Positions 1-14,287 of a stretch of DNA of 64,000 bases are shown in pieces (position 1 is the stretch's first letter; the number at the start of each line of letters is the position of its first letter). The notes below the pieces were generated by a model. The model was not told the DNA's origin, ran no database searches, and was given only the letters and a program-made list of their open reading frames with translations. Both the position numbers and the translations under genes were made by a program. This stretch comes from Ylistrum balloti (taxonomy: Eukaryota): positions 434,001-498,000 of the forward strand of contig NW_026781862.1 in the NCBI RefSeq assembly GCF_031769215.1, written 5' to 3'.

Positions 1-739
1 TATTATTTCCCAGGTGCTTCAGAGAGAATTGTGACCTATCATGATTTGGTAAATTGGAACTTTCCCAAACATTTGATGGTTGCACAATTGTAATTTGTTG
101 AATGAACACGACCTATTATACAGACAAAATCATCTGTATCTAGTCTGGGCGATAACACCTTTCACTCGACAAAACAATCTACCGATCGGTTCTCTATGGT
201 ATTCGGCATAAATTGTTTGATTTAGACCGTTTTGATGAAGTTCACTTCTATTACAACATGTCCGTTTATTCTTTTGTTTTTCTTTTCTTTTTTGAATAAA
301 TCACACACACCTTTGTGACCTGTGTGTTGACCAAGACAATGTTATCTGTGTGACAGTGTTAAACTATGTACAAGTACGATGTGTTTAGTGTATCATAATG
401 GTGAGAAGAAAAGTGATAGTGGTATACATCCGATCACTAAACAATCAGCTGTTCTATGTTTATCCTACAGAGTAATAACATGTACTTGAGACCACATCCT
501 ATTTTCATTAGTATAATACTGCACAGTCATCTCGCGTCACCAACGAGTTGATAGGACAATGCAGTTCTTTGGATTATCGGCATACTTCTTGACATCCATC
601 AACCTATTCATTGTTATCAGTGCACACCCTGTAAAACAATATTTACAGAAAGGATAGTCCCCGATCATTGGCAAGTGATGAGATCACTACGTCAAATACA
701 AATCTATCGATGGTAAGATTTACACAGCTATAGATACTA

Positions 740-2045
740 TGTATAACAGTTGTCATGTGAAACATTGTATAACAGTTGTAATGTGACACATTGTATAACA
801 GTTGTCATGCGACACATTGTATAACAGTTGTCATGTGACACATTGTATAACAGTTGTCATGCGACACATTGTATAACAGTTGTCATGTGACACATTGTAT
901 AACAGTTGTCATGCGACACATTGTATAACGGTTGTCATGTGACACATTGTATGACATTTGTGATGTGACATATTGTACAACAGTTGTCATGCGACACATT
1001 GTATAACGGTTGTCATGTGACACATTGTATAACAGTTGTCATGTGACACATTGTATGACATTTGTGAAGTGACACATTGTATAACGGTTGTCATGTGACA
1101 CATTGTATAACGGTTGTCATGTGACACATTGTATAACAGTTGTCATGTGACACATTGTATAACAGTTGTCATGCGACACATTGTATAACGGTTGTCATGT
1201 GACACATTGTATAACGGTTGTCATGTGACACATTGTATAACAGTTGTCATGTGACACATTGTATAACAGTTGTCATGTGACACATTGTATAACAGTTGTC
1301 ATGTGACACATTGTATAACGGTTGTCATGTGACACATTGTATAACAGTTGTCATGTGACACATTGTATAACAGTTGTCATGTGACACATTGTATAACAGT
1401 TGTCATGCGACACATTGTATAACGGTTGTCATGTGACACATTGTATAACAGTTGTCATGTGACACATTGTATGACATTTGTGAAGTGACACATTGTATAA
1501 CGGTTGTCATGTGACACATTGTATAACGGTTGTCATGTGACACATTGTATAACAGTTGTCATGTGACACATTGTATAACAGTTGTCATGTGACACATTGT
1601 ATAACAGTTGTCATGCGACACATTGTATAACGGTTGTCATGTGACACATTGTATGACATTTGTGATGTGACATATTGTACAACAGTTGTCATGCGACACA
1701 TTGTATAACGGTTGTCATGTGACACATTGTATGACATTTGTGATGTGACACATTGTATAACAGTTGTCATGTGACACATTTATTACAGTTGTCATGTGAC
1801 ACATTGTATGACATTTGTGATGTGATATATTGTACAACAGTTGTCATGTGACACATTGTATAACAGTTGTGAATTGACACATTGTTATAACAGTTGTGAA
1901 TTGACATATCATAACAGTTGTGAATTGACACATTGTATAACAGTTGTGAATTGACATATCATAACAGTTGTGAATTGACACATTGTATAACAGTTGTGAA
2001 TTGACATATCATAACAGTTGTGAATTGACACATTGTTTAACAGAT
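740..2045. repeat. Minisatellite, 26-bp unit (CATTGTATAACAGTTGTCATGTGACA), ~50 copies; distal end switches to alternating 26/24-bp GTGAATTGACA variants
   Basis: Tandem periodicity read directly; unit contains the inverted pair TGTCA-TG-TGACA. Confidence 0.97.
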
Positions 2046-2764
2046 GTGATATGGCACAATGTATAGAGTTGTGATTGGAAGTGGAGACCAATCCATTTGA
2101 TAATGATGAAATTCATATATCATATAAAAGGAATACTCAACTATTAAATCGTATTTATTTTCGTTCAGAAAACAGTGTTGATGATCATATGATTACACCC
2201 ACTCCTCATGTTAGTGTGTCTCCAATTTTTGTATTCTGAATGAGGAATGTTGGGATCAATTTCCATCAGAAAATGTTTTGTCACTTCATGTAGCGTGTGA
2301 TAGTTATGTGTCTTCAAATGTTCGTCAGCGTGAGAAGTGAAACAGTGAATATAGTGTTATGAACAGGCTATGCTGAATACACAGCTTTCCGATGTGCAGA
2401 CAAACTAAATTGCTTCTATCGCGAGAGATGCTATTGATAACGCCACAGCAATCCTAACTCGCGGCTATCCATGATAGCGCTACTTCCTGTGATATGCTAA
2501 TGAATTACACTGCAGATCTTGATAGAAATATTGTTCAGCCCAAATGATGGGATAAAAACCGAACAGAACAAGTCTTTTAACTATATTTTAGCCTATACAG
2601 ATATAAGAAATTAATAAGAAACAAAAAAAAACTGACACGGTTTACAATATACACATGTACTTAACACTTTTCTAAAATTATCGGATTTATGAAAATCATG
2701 AAATTTATTTAACCATTGAGCTGTTGCACCTCTCCGTCGAAGTTTTGACTTTACTCTCGATCAC

Positions 2765-2935
2765 TTAGAATTTTCTTAGTTCTCCCAGGCTTTAAAACTT
2801 AATCCCTAAGCATCACTAGCGAATCCTAGAAGGACGAAACAGCTGTATGATGCAGTTTCATTCATCGTTTGACTCTACTGTGTCTAACTTGCAATTATTT
2901 AAAGGTGCTAGTCTTTTGTGCAATCTTTGTGCAAA
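2765..2935 (+). mobile_element. Copy A of a dispersed hammerhead-bearing repeat (probable Penelope pLTR / retrozyme-like fragment)
   Basis: Aligns by eye with 44890-45045, 47565-47700(-) and 63838-64000 on both sides of the ribozyme (CACTTAGRATTTTCTT...GGCTT...TAGCATC upstream; TT(G/T)G(A/G)CTCTACTGT downstream). Confidence 0.7.
2810..2853 (+). ncRNA. Minimal type I hammerhead ribozyme, degenerate core (copy A)
   Basis: GCATCA-CTAGCGA-ATCCT AGA AGGAC-GAAAC AGCT GTA-TGATGC: perfect 6-bp stem I (GCATCA/TGATGC), GAAA, stem III with palindromic AGCT loop, GUA cleavage triplet (cut after 2847). CUGANGA is mutated to CTAGCGA and G10.1 to A. Confidence 0.7.
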
Positions 2936-3014
2936 GCGCCATGATGTACAGTACATGGTAAATTAGTGCAGGTACAGGAAATCAATAGTATAAATGAGGA
3001 GAAGAATTTATTTT

Positions 3015-3705
3015 TATTTACAATAGTATAAATAAGGCTATATATTTACAATAGTATAAATAAGGCTATATATTTACAATAGTATAAATAAGGCTATATA
3101 TTTACAATAGTATGAATTAGGTTATATATTTACAATAGTATGATTAAGGTAATATATTTACAATAGTACGAATAAGGTTATATATTTACAATAGTATGAA
3201 TATATATATTTACAATAGTATGAATACGGTTATATATATATATGAATAAGGTTATATATTTACAGTAATATGAATAAGGTTAGTTATATATAAACAATAG
3301 TACGAATAAGGTTAGTTATATATTTAGAATACTATGAATAAGGTTATATATTTACAATAGTACGAATAAAGTTATATATTTACAATAGTACGAATAAGGT
3401 TATATATTTACAATAGTATGAATAAGGTTATATATGTACAATAGTATGAATAAGGTAATATATTTACAATAGTATGATTAAGGTAATATATTTACAATAG
3501 TATGATTAAGGTAATATATTTACAATAGTACGAATAAGGTTATATATTTACAATAGTATGGATACGGTTATATATTTACAATAGTATGAATACGGTTATA
3601 TATTTACAATAGTATGAATAAGGTTATATATTTACAGTGGTATGAATAAGGTTAGTTATATATTTACAATAGTATGAATAAGGTTAGTTATACATACATT
3701 TACAA
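3015..3705. repeat. Minisatellite, 28-bp unit (TATATTTACAATAGTATGAATAAGGTTA)
   Basis: Tandem periodicity read directly. Confidence 0.95.
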
Positions 3706-4084
3706 AGATATGATTGGAGTACCACAAACTAACGGGGAATTGGTTGAAATGACATTGAATCCCATTTCAGAAGATGAATAGTGACTTATTACAGAAGGTC
3801 TAATATATTGAGCACTTGCCAGAATTTCAACCCTAAAGGTTTTTTTCAGGTTGGAAAAAATATAAGCAATGTGATGTATATAATGAGTAATTAGTACTTA
3901 TTATGAAAGATAAATGTAACTTAGAAATAACACTCAATTTATACAGGGTACCTGTTACCTATAAATAGTTTTTTCATTGTTTGACTCTATTGCATCTTAT
4001 ATTAAATTTGCATGAAAAGGTGCGACACACTTGTGTGTTTCTGTAAAATCTTATATGTAAATGCCACCAACAAAGAGTACATAA

Positions 4085-5760
4085 TACATAGACACCTGCG
4101 ACCTACAAAAAGTACATCATTGATAGGTACCTGTGACCTACATATAGTACATTATGGATAGGTTCCTGTGACCTATAAAATGTACATTATTGATAGGTAC
4201 CTGTCACCTACAAAATGTACATTATTGATAGGCACCTGCGACCTACAAAAAGTACATTATTGATAGGTACCTGTGACCTACATATAGTACATTATGGATA
4301 GGTTCCTGTGACCTATAAAATGTACATTATTGATAGGTACCTGTGACCTACAAAATGTACATTATTGATAGGTACCTGTGACCTACAAAACGTACATTAT
4401 TGATAGGTACCTGTGACCTACAAAATGTACATTATTGATAGGTACCTGTGACCTACAAAATGTACATTATTGATTGGTACTTGTGACCTACAAAACGTAC
4501 ATTATTAATAGGCACCTGTGACCTACATATAGTACATTATGGATAGGTTCCTGTGACCTATAAAATGTACATTATTGATAGGTACCTGTGACCTACAAAA
4601 TGTACATTATTGATAGGTACCTGTGACCTACATATAGTACATTATGGATAGGTTCCTGTGACCTATAAAATGTACATTATTGATTGGTACTTGTGACCTA
4701 CAAAACGTACATTATTGATAGGCACCTGTGACCTACATATAGTACATTATGGATAGGTTCCTGTGACCTATAAAATGTACATTATTGATAGGTACCTGTG
4801 ACCTACAAAATGTACATTATTGATAGGTACCTGTGACCTACAAAATGTACATTATTGATTGGTACTTGTGACCTACAAAACGTACATTATTGATAGGTAC
4901 CTGTGACCTACATATAGTACATTATTGATAGGTTCCTGTGACCTATAAAATGTACATTATTGATAGGTACCTGTGACCTACAAAATGTACATTATTGATA
5001 GGTACCTGTGACCTACATATAGTACATTATGGATAGGTTCCTGTGACCTATAAAATGTACATTATTGATAGGTACCTGTGACTTATAAAATGTACATTAT
5101 TGATAGGCACCTGCGACCTACAAAATGTACATTATTGATAGGTACCTGTGACCTACAAAAGTACATTATTGATAGGTACCTGTGACCTACAAAACGTACA
5201 TTATTGATAGGTACCTGTGACCTACAAAACGTACATTATTGATAGGTACCTGTGACCTATAAAATGTACATTATTGATAGGTACCTGTGACCTACAAAAT
5301 GTACATTATTGATAGGTACCTGTGACCTACAAAATGTACATTATTGATAGGTACCTGTGACCTACAAAATGTACATTATTGATAGGTACCTGTGACCTAT
5401 AAAATGTACATTATTTATAGGTACCTGTGACCTACAAAATGTACATTATGGATAGGTACCTGTGACCTATAAAATGTACATTATTGATAGGTACCTGTGA
5501 CCTACAAAATGTACATTATGGATAGGTTCCTGTGACCTATAAAATGTACATTATTTATAGGTACCTGTGACCTACAAAAAGTACATTATTGATAGGTACC
5601 TGTGACCTACAAAATGTACATTATTGATAGGTACCTGTGACCTACAAAACGTACATTATTGATTGGTACTAGTGACCTACAAAACGTACATTATTGATAG
5701 GTACTTGTGACCTACATATATTACATTATTGATAGGTACCTGTGACCTACAAAGAGTACC
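4085..5760. repeat. Minisatellite, 35-bp unit (GTACATTATTGATAGGTACCTGTGACCTACAAAAT), ~47 copies with recurring variant blocks
   Basis: Tandem periodicity; the variant CATATAGTACATTATGGATAGGTTCC recurs every few units. Confidence 0.97.
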
Positions 5761-6439
5761 TAATTTTCCATACTGCCCGTATTTACAAAATGTTTCTCTT
5801 GAAGGATAGCACAAAACACATACAACTGAATAGGAAGGCTCGGACATGTATTTGAACCATGTTCATCATATGCTATAGCATATTTACTTCATATTTGACA
5901 GAAAACACATTTTAAAAGTAAAAGGAAAACTGGACAAAAATCAATATATCATGAAAATATATTACATAGAATTCTACTAGCACCAAAGAAAGTTTTCATA
6001 GATAACAAGTTCCGCCAACCTGCCTCCTGATTGACTTCATCCTAAACCAGATGTGGTTTTGTTCTGCATGTGTGTTTCGTTCTTTAACTAAAACCCAAGA
6101 CTAAGCAAAGCTAAGCGAAGTCGCCAGCGATGATATACATACAATCAGCTCAACCAATTACTGATGATTAGAGTAAATAAAGTATATTGATTAATACTGT
6201 CCGTAACAATATAAGTAAACCTCCCTGATAAACTATGATATGTACCCTCAATATATCAGTCATCGATATCCGCTTCACAACACTGTTAGATGTTATTTAT
6301 ACATCATTATCAAATAGGATCATTTATACCAAGTTGTCAGATATACAACAATTTTTTTTATCGATGGGGAAAAATCTGACACGTGAACATAATTTTAATT
6401 CAAACTCGAATTCGATGAAACTATAGCAAAAAAATGAAC

Positions 6440-6725
6440 AAAAGATAAAATTCCCCGTAAACTTCGGAAACAGTACAAGGAGAATAAGACTAGATGTTCC
6501 GGAAGGATAAACGTCTTCGGCTTCATCGACAACACCCGCCATGTAAAACTATAGCACCACCAGACATACAACGAATATCAAACACATACAGCTTCATATC
6601 GCACAAGAAAATAAAAAAAAACTATCCCAATGAGATCCCCATGATGACTGTAAAACTTCCCAATAATCTTCACCAACCTTCAACCCTCGAAACACAGATA
6701 CACTCACGTGTAAGGTCGCAATAAT
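6440..6725 (-). mobile_element. Penelope-like element 3' fragment (RT thumb end plus 3' tail)
   Basis: Minus strand translates RLVKIIGKFYSHHGDLIG (PLE 'RKFYGRHHDL'-type motif); carries GTTCCGGAAGGATAAACGTC..., homologous to 34255-34310. Confidence 0.7.
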
Positions 6726-9539
6726 TTACACCAGCATGATTATAGAGCTGACGTTGTTGTTTGATTATGGTTTGGTCCGTTCTGTATACCAAAGTCGTTT
6801 GTATCTAAATTTACAGGTTATGAAAAAGGTCCCATGTTGTGTGAAGATTACCCATCGTGTTTATGAATTTTTATTTGACACTCAGTAATGTGTCATGAAT
6901 ATAAATAGACATAATTAAATCCACGGAAAACTGTCCACACCCATCCGATAAACTGCTTGATACTTCCTATGTCATGTTTAAGTGTTAAATATGACCTAAG
7001 CTAACGTAAACCATAGTTCGGCATTGATTTTGTGAACGAAACATTTAAGTCCATGGGCCAATAAAAAGTTTTATCACTCAGACACAAATTCTACCTCTCT
7101 TAAAAAATATGTCTTCTCTTATCAGCCTGTGATCGTTTAACCTGACTCGCACTTTAACTTTTACATTAAGTCCAATATTAATATGTCGTTTTCGATTTTT
7201 TGCTGTAAAAAGAAACTTTCAGTCATTTAAAAAGATGTCGAGAATACTGTAAAGATTATCATATTCGTGGGTTTTTATCTTCCATTATTTTCATGGATAG
7301 ATTAAAACTAAGAGAAACACATACATAAATAAAATAATAATGATTTTAGATTTTGAATGAAAATAAATTCTTTCGGTTAAGAAAAATCATTTGGTATAAA
7401 TTGTTATTACATACTAAACGGTACACAATATTGCATCATTAACAGAATTACAGCTTATCCCGGTATGAGGTAATTTAAAAATGCATTTTTTGCGGTCATG
7501 AAATTATCTTATTATCATTATTTTATTTAAGACTAACCTACAAAATAGTGAAAATTAAAACCCCTGACAAATGGCAGCCTTGATGCTGTAATGATGATTT
7601 GATCACAGATAGAAATTCAATATTGATACAAAAAGTTATGAAGTTACATGTATATGTTGCTGAAGTAATCAGCCCTGATTCCAAAACAGTATATAGAGAT
7701 AAGTTAATAAAACAACGTGACTACACATAAGAGGCATTCTTGTGGTAATTGATTGTGTATATACCGAACATCTTTTTATAGACATGTTTTACAGGTGACC
7801 AAAAAAAATGCAATTATATTGATCATCAACTCACCACAAGAAAAAGAATGGATAACGAGTGCCAACTGGTCCCACCATGTGAAGATCTTCCGATAGAAGT
7901 TTTGTTGTCTAATTAAAGTAGGTAATCCGCAGAGCCTAACGATCTAAGAAACACGGGCAGAAAAACAGGGAAGTTGTCAGGCTCCGGTCATTACGTCAAA
8001 AGTTGTTCGTCATTGCTATATTATCGTTATGGAGTTGTGGTACACAAAGTAACATTTCGCCGAAAGACATATTCTCTTATTGCATGAAATCTACATGACA
8101 ATCATGTGCATTCACTAACGACTCGGGAAATGCCTCTTTATAAAACAACCGCAGGGAAAACATTCTCATAAGTTATACCTCTCAAATTATATACTGTCAA
8201 CGACGAAAGACAGGACTAGAGAACTTGGTGTATCAGCAACTTTGGTTGAGATCATGGCTGTACGACTATCAGTGATTGATCTGTTAAGTGTTAGAAACGT
8301 CACCTTAGGTCCTGTATCCATTCAATTTCATATAGCTAATTTCACTGCTTTTAAAGACGTTTGAAAAATACATTACTGATAATGTAATGGATTTTGGCAA
8401 TATACCAAAATCCATTTTACCTTGCAGCCATTGGTTATAGCTAAACATGTAACGAAGGTGTACAGCGTCAATATACACATGTTATCCTTATATCAATGTT
8501 ATCCTTATATAGTAAGCACGAGAACCAATACTATTTAAAATTAATTACTTTAGATTAATCAATGCATCCGGTAATGTTTTCTTTTATAAAGAAATAAAAA
8601 TAAAACATTAAAAAAACCACCTTACCTTTATTCACGGCAGTTTCAACACTATGACTGCAAATGTTTCTGTTTCACTGATTAAATAGCTACCCGTCAGGAA
8701 ATAAATTTAATCGCTAGAAGGACCATTAAGGCGGGTTTGAGACAGATCTGGTACCTTTGTCTGCTTGAGGAGGCTGACAATACAACACGAAGCCATTCCC
8801 TTCACTAAATCAAACTCTCATCTACCGGAAGTTAGTGGTAGTTATAAATCAAGTAAGAATAAACATTCCCATGTTATTTAGAAGACACCGATTTCTATTT
8901 GTTTAGTCTCCTTTTAACAATCATGTAAGTTTCTATTCCCACTGCTCAAATCGAACCAATTAAAGCCGAATATCAACTCTTCCTAAGACAAAATTTATCC
9001 ATAGCAATACCAACACAAAAGCTTAATACCAATTAAAGACAACCACTAAATTTAACCTTCTTCAAAAGTGAAATTTCAAATATCAATATTTAAGGTGTTC
9101 TAGAGATTTGGCGTGACTAAACAATGACATTAATGGTTATTGGGAGAATTAAAAGTCGTTTCAATAAGTATGTTTTTGTCTACAGCTTACGACAACGGAT
9201 GCGCATGCTGTTAAAGAGACATCACGAATGATGAATGGCAGGTTCGGGCTTGGAATACGGTGTTTCCTACACCTCCTGGAAGAACGGTAAGTCATGATAT
9301 TGATCAGTTTATCACTACCAAAAATTACGAGTGTGAAAACTGAGACCACACTATATAATAAAGTGTATACATTACAAGCTCCTTGCTTCAAATCAATTGT
9401 ATTGGCTGTCATTACTTGTTATCCAATACGAAACGCGAAATACAAATGTTTACTATTTATAAGAGTTTCATCCGTTTAAAAACGCAACAGCTTTAATCTG
9501 GACGACGAAATTTATGTAAAAGTATGTCATAGCAGTATA

Positions 9540-9885
9540 TATATGTCATGTATATCTTAATACCTCTGACAGTAGTTAAATGTCATGTGTTATATAAATA
9601 CCTCTGACAGTAGGAAGATGTCATGTTTTATGTTAATACCTCTGACAGTAGGAATTTGTCATGTTTTATGTTAATACCTGTCAGTAGACATATGTCATGC
9701 TTTATGTTAATACCTCTGACAGTAGGTAGATGTCATGCTTTATGTTAATACCTCTGACAGTAGTTATATGTCATGTTTTATGTTAATACCTATTACAGTA
9801 GATATATGTCATGTTTAAGGCTTATACCTCACATCTGACCGGAGGTGTATGTCATGTTTTACACGTTTGATGATACCTCTGATAG
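9540..9885. repeat. Degenerate minisatellite, ~38-bp unit (TAATACCTCTGACAGTAGGAAGATGTCATGTTTTATGT)
   Basis: Tandem periodicity read directly. Confidence 0.9.
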
Positions 9886-10629
9886 CACTGAATATATTTG
9901 TATTTTGTTTTGAATATCTTTGACAGTAATGATGTGTAATGGTTCTGAAACTGAAGGCGTGCTGAAAATGAATCATTCACGTCTCGTTTAAAACCCTTCA
10001 TGTGATACGACGTTTCGCAAGGTTGAGAAGTTGTGAGGCAGACAATGCGCTTATTCAGTAAAGGCTTCCGCGGAAATATGCTGTAGCTGTGGTGAAGTTG
10101 TCACTTTTAGTGTCATTTTAATTTTTTTTACAATATATCATGGTTTATCTTTCCAATGCTTCCTTAGCAAATACACATTTTTCTTTTAAACACTATAAGA
10201 TAAGAGTCTTCAGTATTTAGCAAAGTTATGTGAATCGAGAATGTCTTAATTACGAAATGGTTTAAAATATAATCAGTGTATCTACGTACTAACCATGTAT
10301 ATGTGTAGACAGTATACTGTATTCAGCACTCTATCAGACCAATGTATCTACACTTCCTCAATAAACTGACCATCAGCGTTTTCATGTGACCCCCGTCAAC
10401 AGAACAGTACACAACTGTATGTTAAATCAACAAGCAATCTGGTGGTGATGGGGCTCTCAGTTCTCGTTATGTTCATTAGGTGATGATACAGTAAATATAT
10501 CTTTCACTTCTCTTTGATATCACTGCAATAAAAAAACACAACGATATCATAGATCCAGTCAAGATCACAAAAAACGGTCTAAAGTTTAAAATAGAACTTG
10601 TATGTCAAAATCACCAGCAAAGAAGTTTG

Positions 10630-11215
10630 TCTCAAATCTAGTCTATGATTAAGCATGTATGTCTGAATCAAATTAAGTCAACAGTACAACAAAGATATCT
10701 TAATCAAATTTAGCCAACGACAAAAAGATGTCTGAATCAAATCTAGTCAACAACACAACAAAGACGTCTTATAAGTCAGAACAAACACACAACAAATATA
10801 TTTTAATTAAAGATAACAACACAACAAATTAATTTTTAATTTAGTAAAAAACATAATAAATATGCTTTTATCTTGTTAAAAATTACCAAAAGATTTATTA
10901 AATCTGGAAGATAAAGCAGCAAAAACCAACATAAAATTATTGAACCATACAACAAACATGTCTTACATCCGGTCAACAACATCATCAAAGTGTCTTCAAT
11001 TTAATTAACAAAACAAAAACATGTCTTACATCTAGTCAGTAACTGTGCAAAGATGTAATACCTCTAGTCAAAAGTACAAGAAAGTTTAGTCATCAACACA
11101 ACATAAGATAGTTGAATTTTAGTCAACAAGGAATGAAAATGTCTTAATATAACGACAAAGAAGTCTTAACTAACGTCAAGAATACAACAAAGATGTCTTA
11201 AATCATGATAACAAA
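10630..11215. repeat. Old degenerate ~37-bp A/C-rich tandem repeat (TTAGTCAACAACACAACAAAGATGTCTTAAT-like)
   Basis: Recurrent motifs TAGTCAAC / ACAACAAAGATGTCTTAA at roughly regular spacing. Confidence 0.7.
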
Positions 11216-12679
11216 AAACACAGACTTTTTAAAATAAAAACGCGAACAAAAGACAAGAGAGTTCCTGTTTATTGTAAGTAACGTGTTAATATACAAGCAC
11301 GTGCCTTCGGCACAAGTTCCTAAATGGAAAAAGGAAGACGTTTTCAACAGGAAACAGATACCATCTATCACATGACATTAAACAACATTCATCTGAGTAA
11401 AACAATTACATTGTTTAGCCTTAAAGTAAAAAACAGCTAACACTTTTTCACTAGACCATTGCATATTTCACAGAGTAACTATGCTGTAATTTCATTGTAA
11501 CATTTCAATATTTCGCCGCCAGACATGAAAAATGATGAAAATGTAGGACATAGCTTTATCGTATCGTTTACGGCTGTTTGTAGTCATCTGCAACACTTAG
11601 CGCTTGGGTACAGGGAAAGTAGCAAGCCAGAGTGCTGAATGGCTAACACACCGAAATATCATCCGTTATGATCAGGTGGTATTTGTTGTATCGTTAGGCT
11701 ATTTTTTTACTTTGTAGTTAATTTTATACCGCTTTATTGTCTCTTCGTTTGTCGATATGAATACATTTTTCATTTAATTAGCGTCTAACGACATTAGTAA
11801 CGGTATGTTTTCTTCTTACTATTGGATGTTAATTACTCTGGTAAACGATCGCTGTACGTTGTAGTATATTGTTCAATTAATCTATAAAATAATTAACTGG
11901 TCTGTGTCGAACGAGACCAGAGACCTACATGGACCATCTAGAAGTGACGGGTACCTGTCTGCTCATTTTCATTTCTCCTCATTTAAGCCATGTTTGTATT
12001 TTTTTTTAAATCTCTAACATTGATAATAGAGTATTCAGTATTCCTGCTTTCTTTGGGTTATCACTATACAACTATGTACTATCACTGAATGTCCACATTG
12101 AATGGACGTTCCATCGCTATGTATCTGCTCTTGTACAGATGAACGTGATACAGAATAGCCATTTTTCGACCATCACTATGTTGATTCGTACAGTTTCTTT
12201 GTCTTTTAATTAAGTTCAACTGTTACACATTGTATATTCGAGAACCTCTAGGAATTTCAATGCTCGCAACACATTAAGATCGAATATTTTTAGCATATTT
12301 CTATTATCTTAACGGGTTTTAAGTCCACTATTACGATCTTCCGGTCTTTCAGCGGACGATTTTTTTAGCAAAAAGGATACGATTTCAACATCAAGAACAG
12401 GAAATATAATGAATGGACTTGTTTGACATGAAGAGTGTTGAAGCATAAAGTGATACACATATGGGCACGCTTGAATTGGGAAAGGGTAAAATTGTGATAT
12501 AGTTTGACACAATACAGTATAAGAGCTGGTTAGTAGTCGAATTAGTATTAATAAATTGTTGATACTATAATTATCAGCAAGATATACAGGTAAACAAATG
12601 TTCATATACATGTATAGATTTAGCATGTTGTGCATAACAAAGAAATGGAAATATAATACTGCTTTGTAAATTGCACCAC

Positions 12680-13035
12680 GTGGATGGAAATTCCATAGTG
12701 TATCAATGGAAATCCCACAGAGTTCCAAGGGAAATCCCAGTGTACCAAGGGAAATCCCAGTGTACCAAGGGAAATCCCAAAGTGTACCAAGGGAAATCCC
12801 ATAGTGTACCAAGGGAAATCATGTAGTGTATCAAAGGAAATCCCAAAGAGTTACAAGGGAAATCCCATAGTGAACCAATGGAAATCCCATAGAGTTCCAA
12901 GGGAAATCCCATAGAGTTCCAAGGGAAATCCCAGAGTGTAACAAGGGAGATCCCTTAATGAACCAATGGAAATCCCTTAATGAACCAAGGGAAATCCCTT
13001 ACCAAAGGACATCCTAAAGCGTGCTTAGGGAAATC
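12680..13035. repeat. Minisatellite, 21-22-bp unit (AGGGAAATCCCATAGTGTACCA)
   Basis: Tandem periodicity read directly. Confidence 0.93.
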
Positions 13036-13364
13036 TTACAGTGTACCGAGGGGTACAGATAAACAGCAAACATGAGTATTACTAGGAATGGTTGTCGTTA
13101 CGTTTAGATACATAGATATACATTTACAAGCTATTTATATAACAATATCAACAATAATGCTTTAATCACTGATTTACCTACTCGTGTGGCAGGGGAGGTA
13201 TACTAACAATAGTGTACTCATTACAATGTAATAACATATATATTCAGAGTATATATATGTCATATATCATATCAAAAACAAATATACTGAATATCATATT
13301 TGGAAGACAACGCATCTGTTCTTTAATACAGGAATATAACACTCTTAATTCCCGTTGTTGTTAC

Positions 13365-13520
13365 AACAACTACCATTTTAATCAGTCTGTGTTGCAACAA
13401 CTACCGTTTAGATAAGTTTGTGTTACAATAACTGCTCTCTAGATTAGTCTGTGTTACAACAACCAACTTTTAAATTAGTCTGTGTTACAACAACTACCCT
13501 CTAAATTAGTCTGTGTTACA
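13365..13520. repeat. Short degenerate ~31-bp tandem repeat (TTAGTCTGTGTTACAACAACTAC...)
   Basis: Five degenerate copies visible. Confidence 0.8.
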
Positions 13521-14287
13521 ATAAATACGCTCTGTGATACAAATGCAGATGTACTGAATGCGTCACTGTAAAAATGTATGAAAATTGAAGACATTCGATC
13601 GATAGATCACACAAAAAAAAGAAAAAAAGAAAAAAAAACAGGTAATTCTGTGATCGTAAATTATACCTTTGAAAGACAATCGTCTGATTATGAGCTCTAT
13701 ATACATCTTTATTAAAGAGTTCCGCCGTTATAGGCATACAATATGTCCCTGTCAGATATCCACGTTAGGAGTGCTGCATTCTATTGATCCAAAGTTATAC
13801 TTCGGTGTATTATGCCAACCTTTTCACTCATTCAATATGTAGTAAGACATCCGCCATGTTTCCTAGAGTCACACCTTACGCTGTTTGTTACTTTCAGTCG
13901 AGAAAGACTTCCGTAATTGATTTCGGAATCACGACCAATTTGTCATAAGTCTAATAGATATGTTTAAAAAAGTGACAGAGAAAAAATCACACGACCATAA
14001 TTAGAATTTGCTGTGAACAGTTTTTAGTTATGTTAATAAGATTTCGGAATCTCCGGATGACAAAATATTCCCAAACTTCCAGGAAAGAGGTTTCATCATC
14101 TTTTCACTACTCTTAACTTATCGGAACGTTCTAAAATTGTTTTTGTATACAAATCTACTTTAGATTAAGACAACATAGACCAGAAATCTACTTAAGCCAA
14201 GTATTTACGAGTATTCTTCTGTGCGGTGCCTTTTCGTTTCTAGCTATTAGAATAGGTAAATAACTTTCCTCGTGCTGATTATCCAAT

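Noticed and set aside
740-5760. CRISPR-like appearance of 26-37-bp repeats with internal palindromes
   Set aside because: Units are contiguous with no unique spacers, there are no cas genes, and the context is a spliced eukaryotic genome
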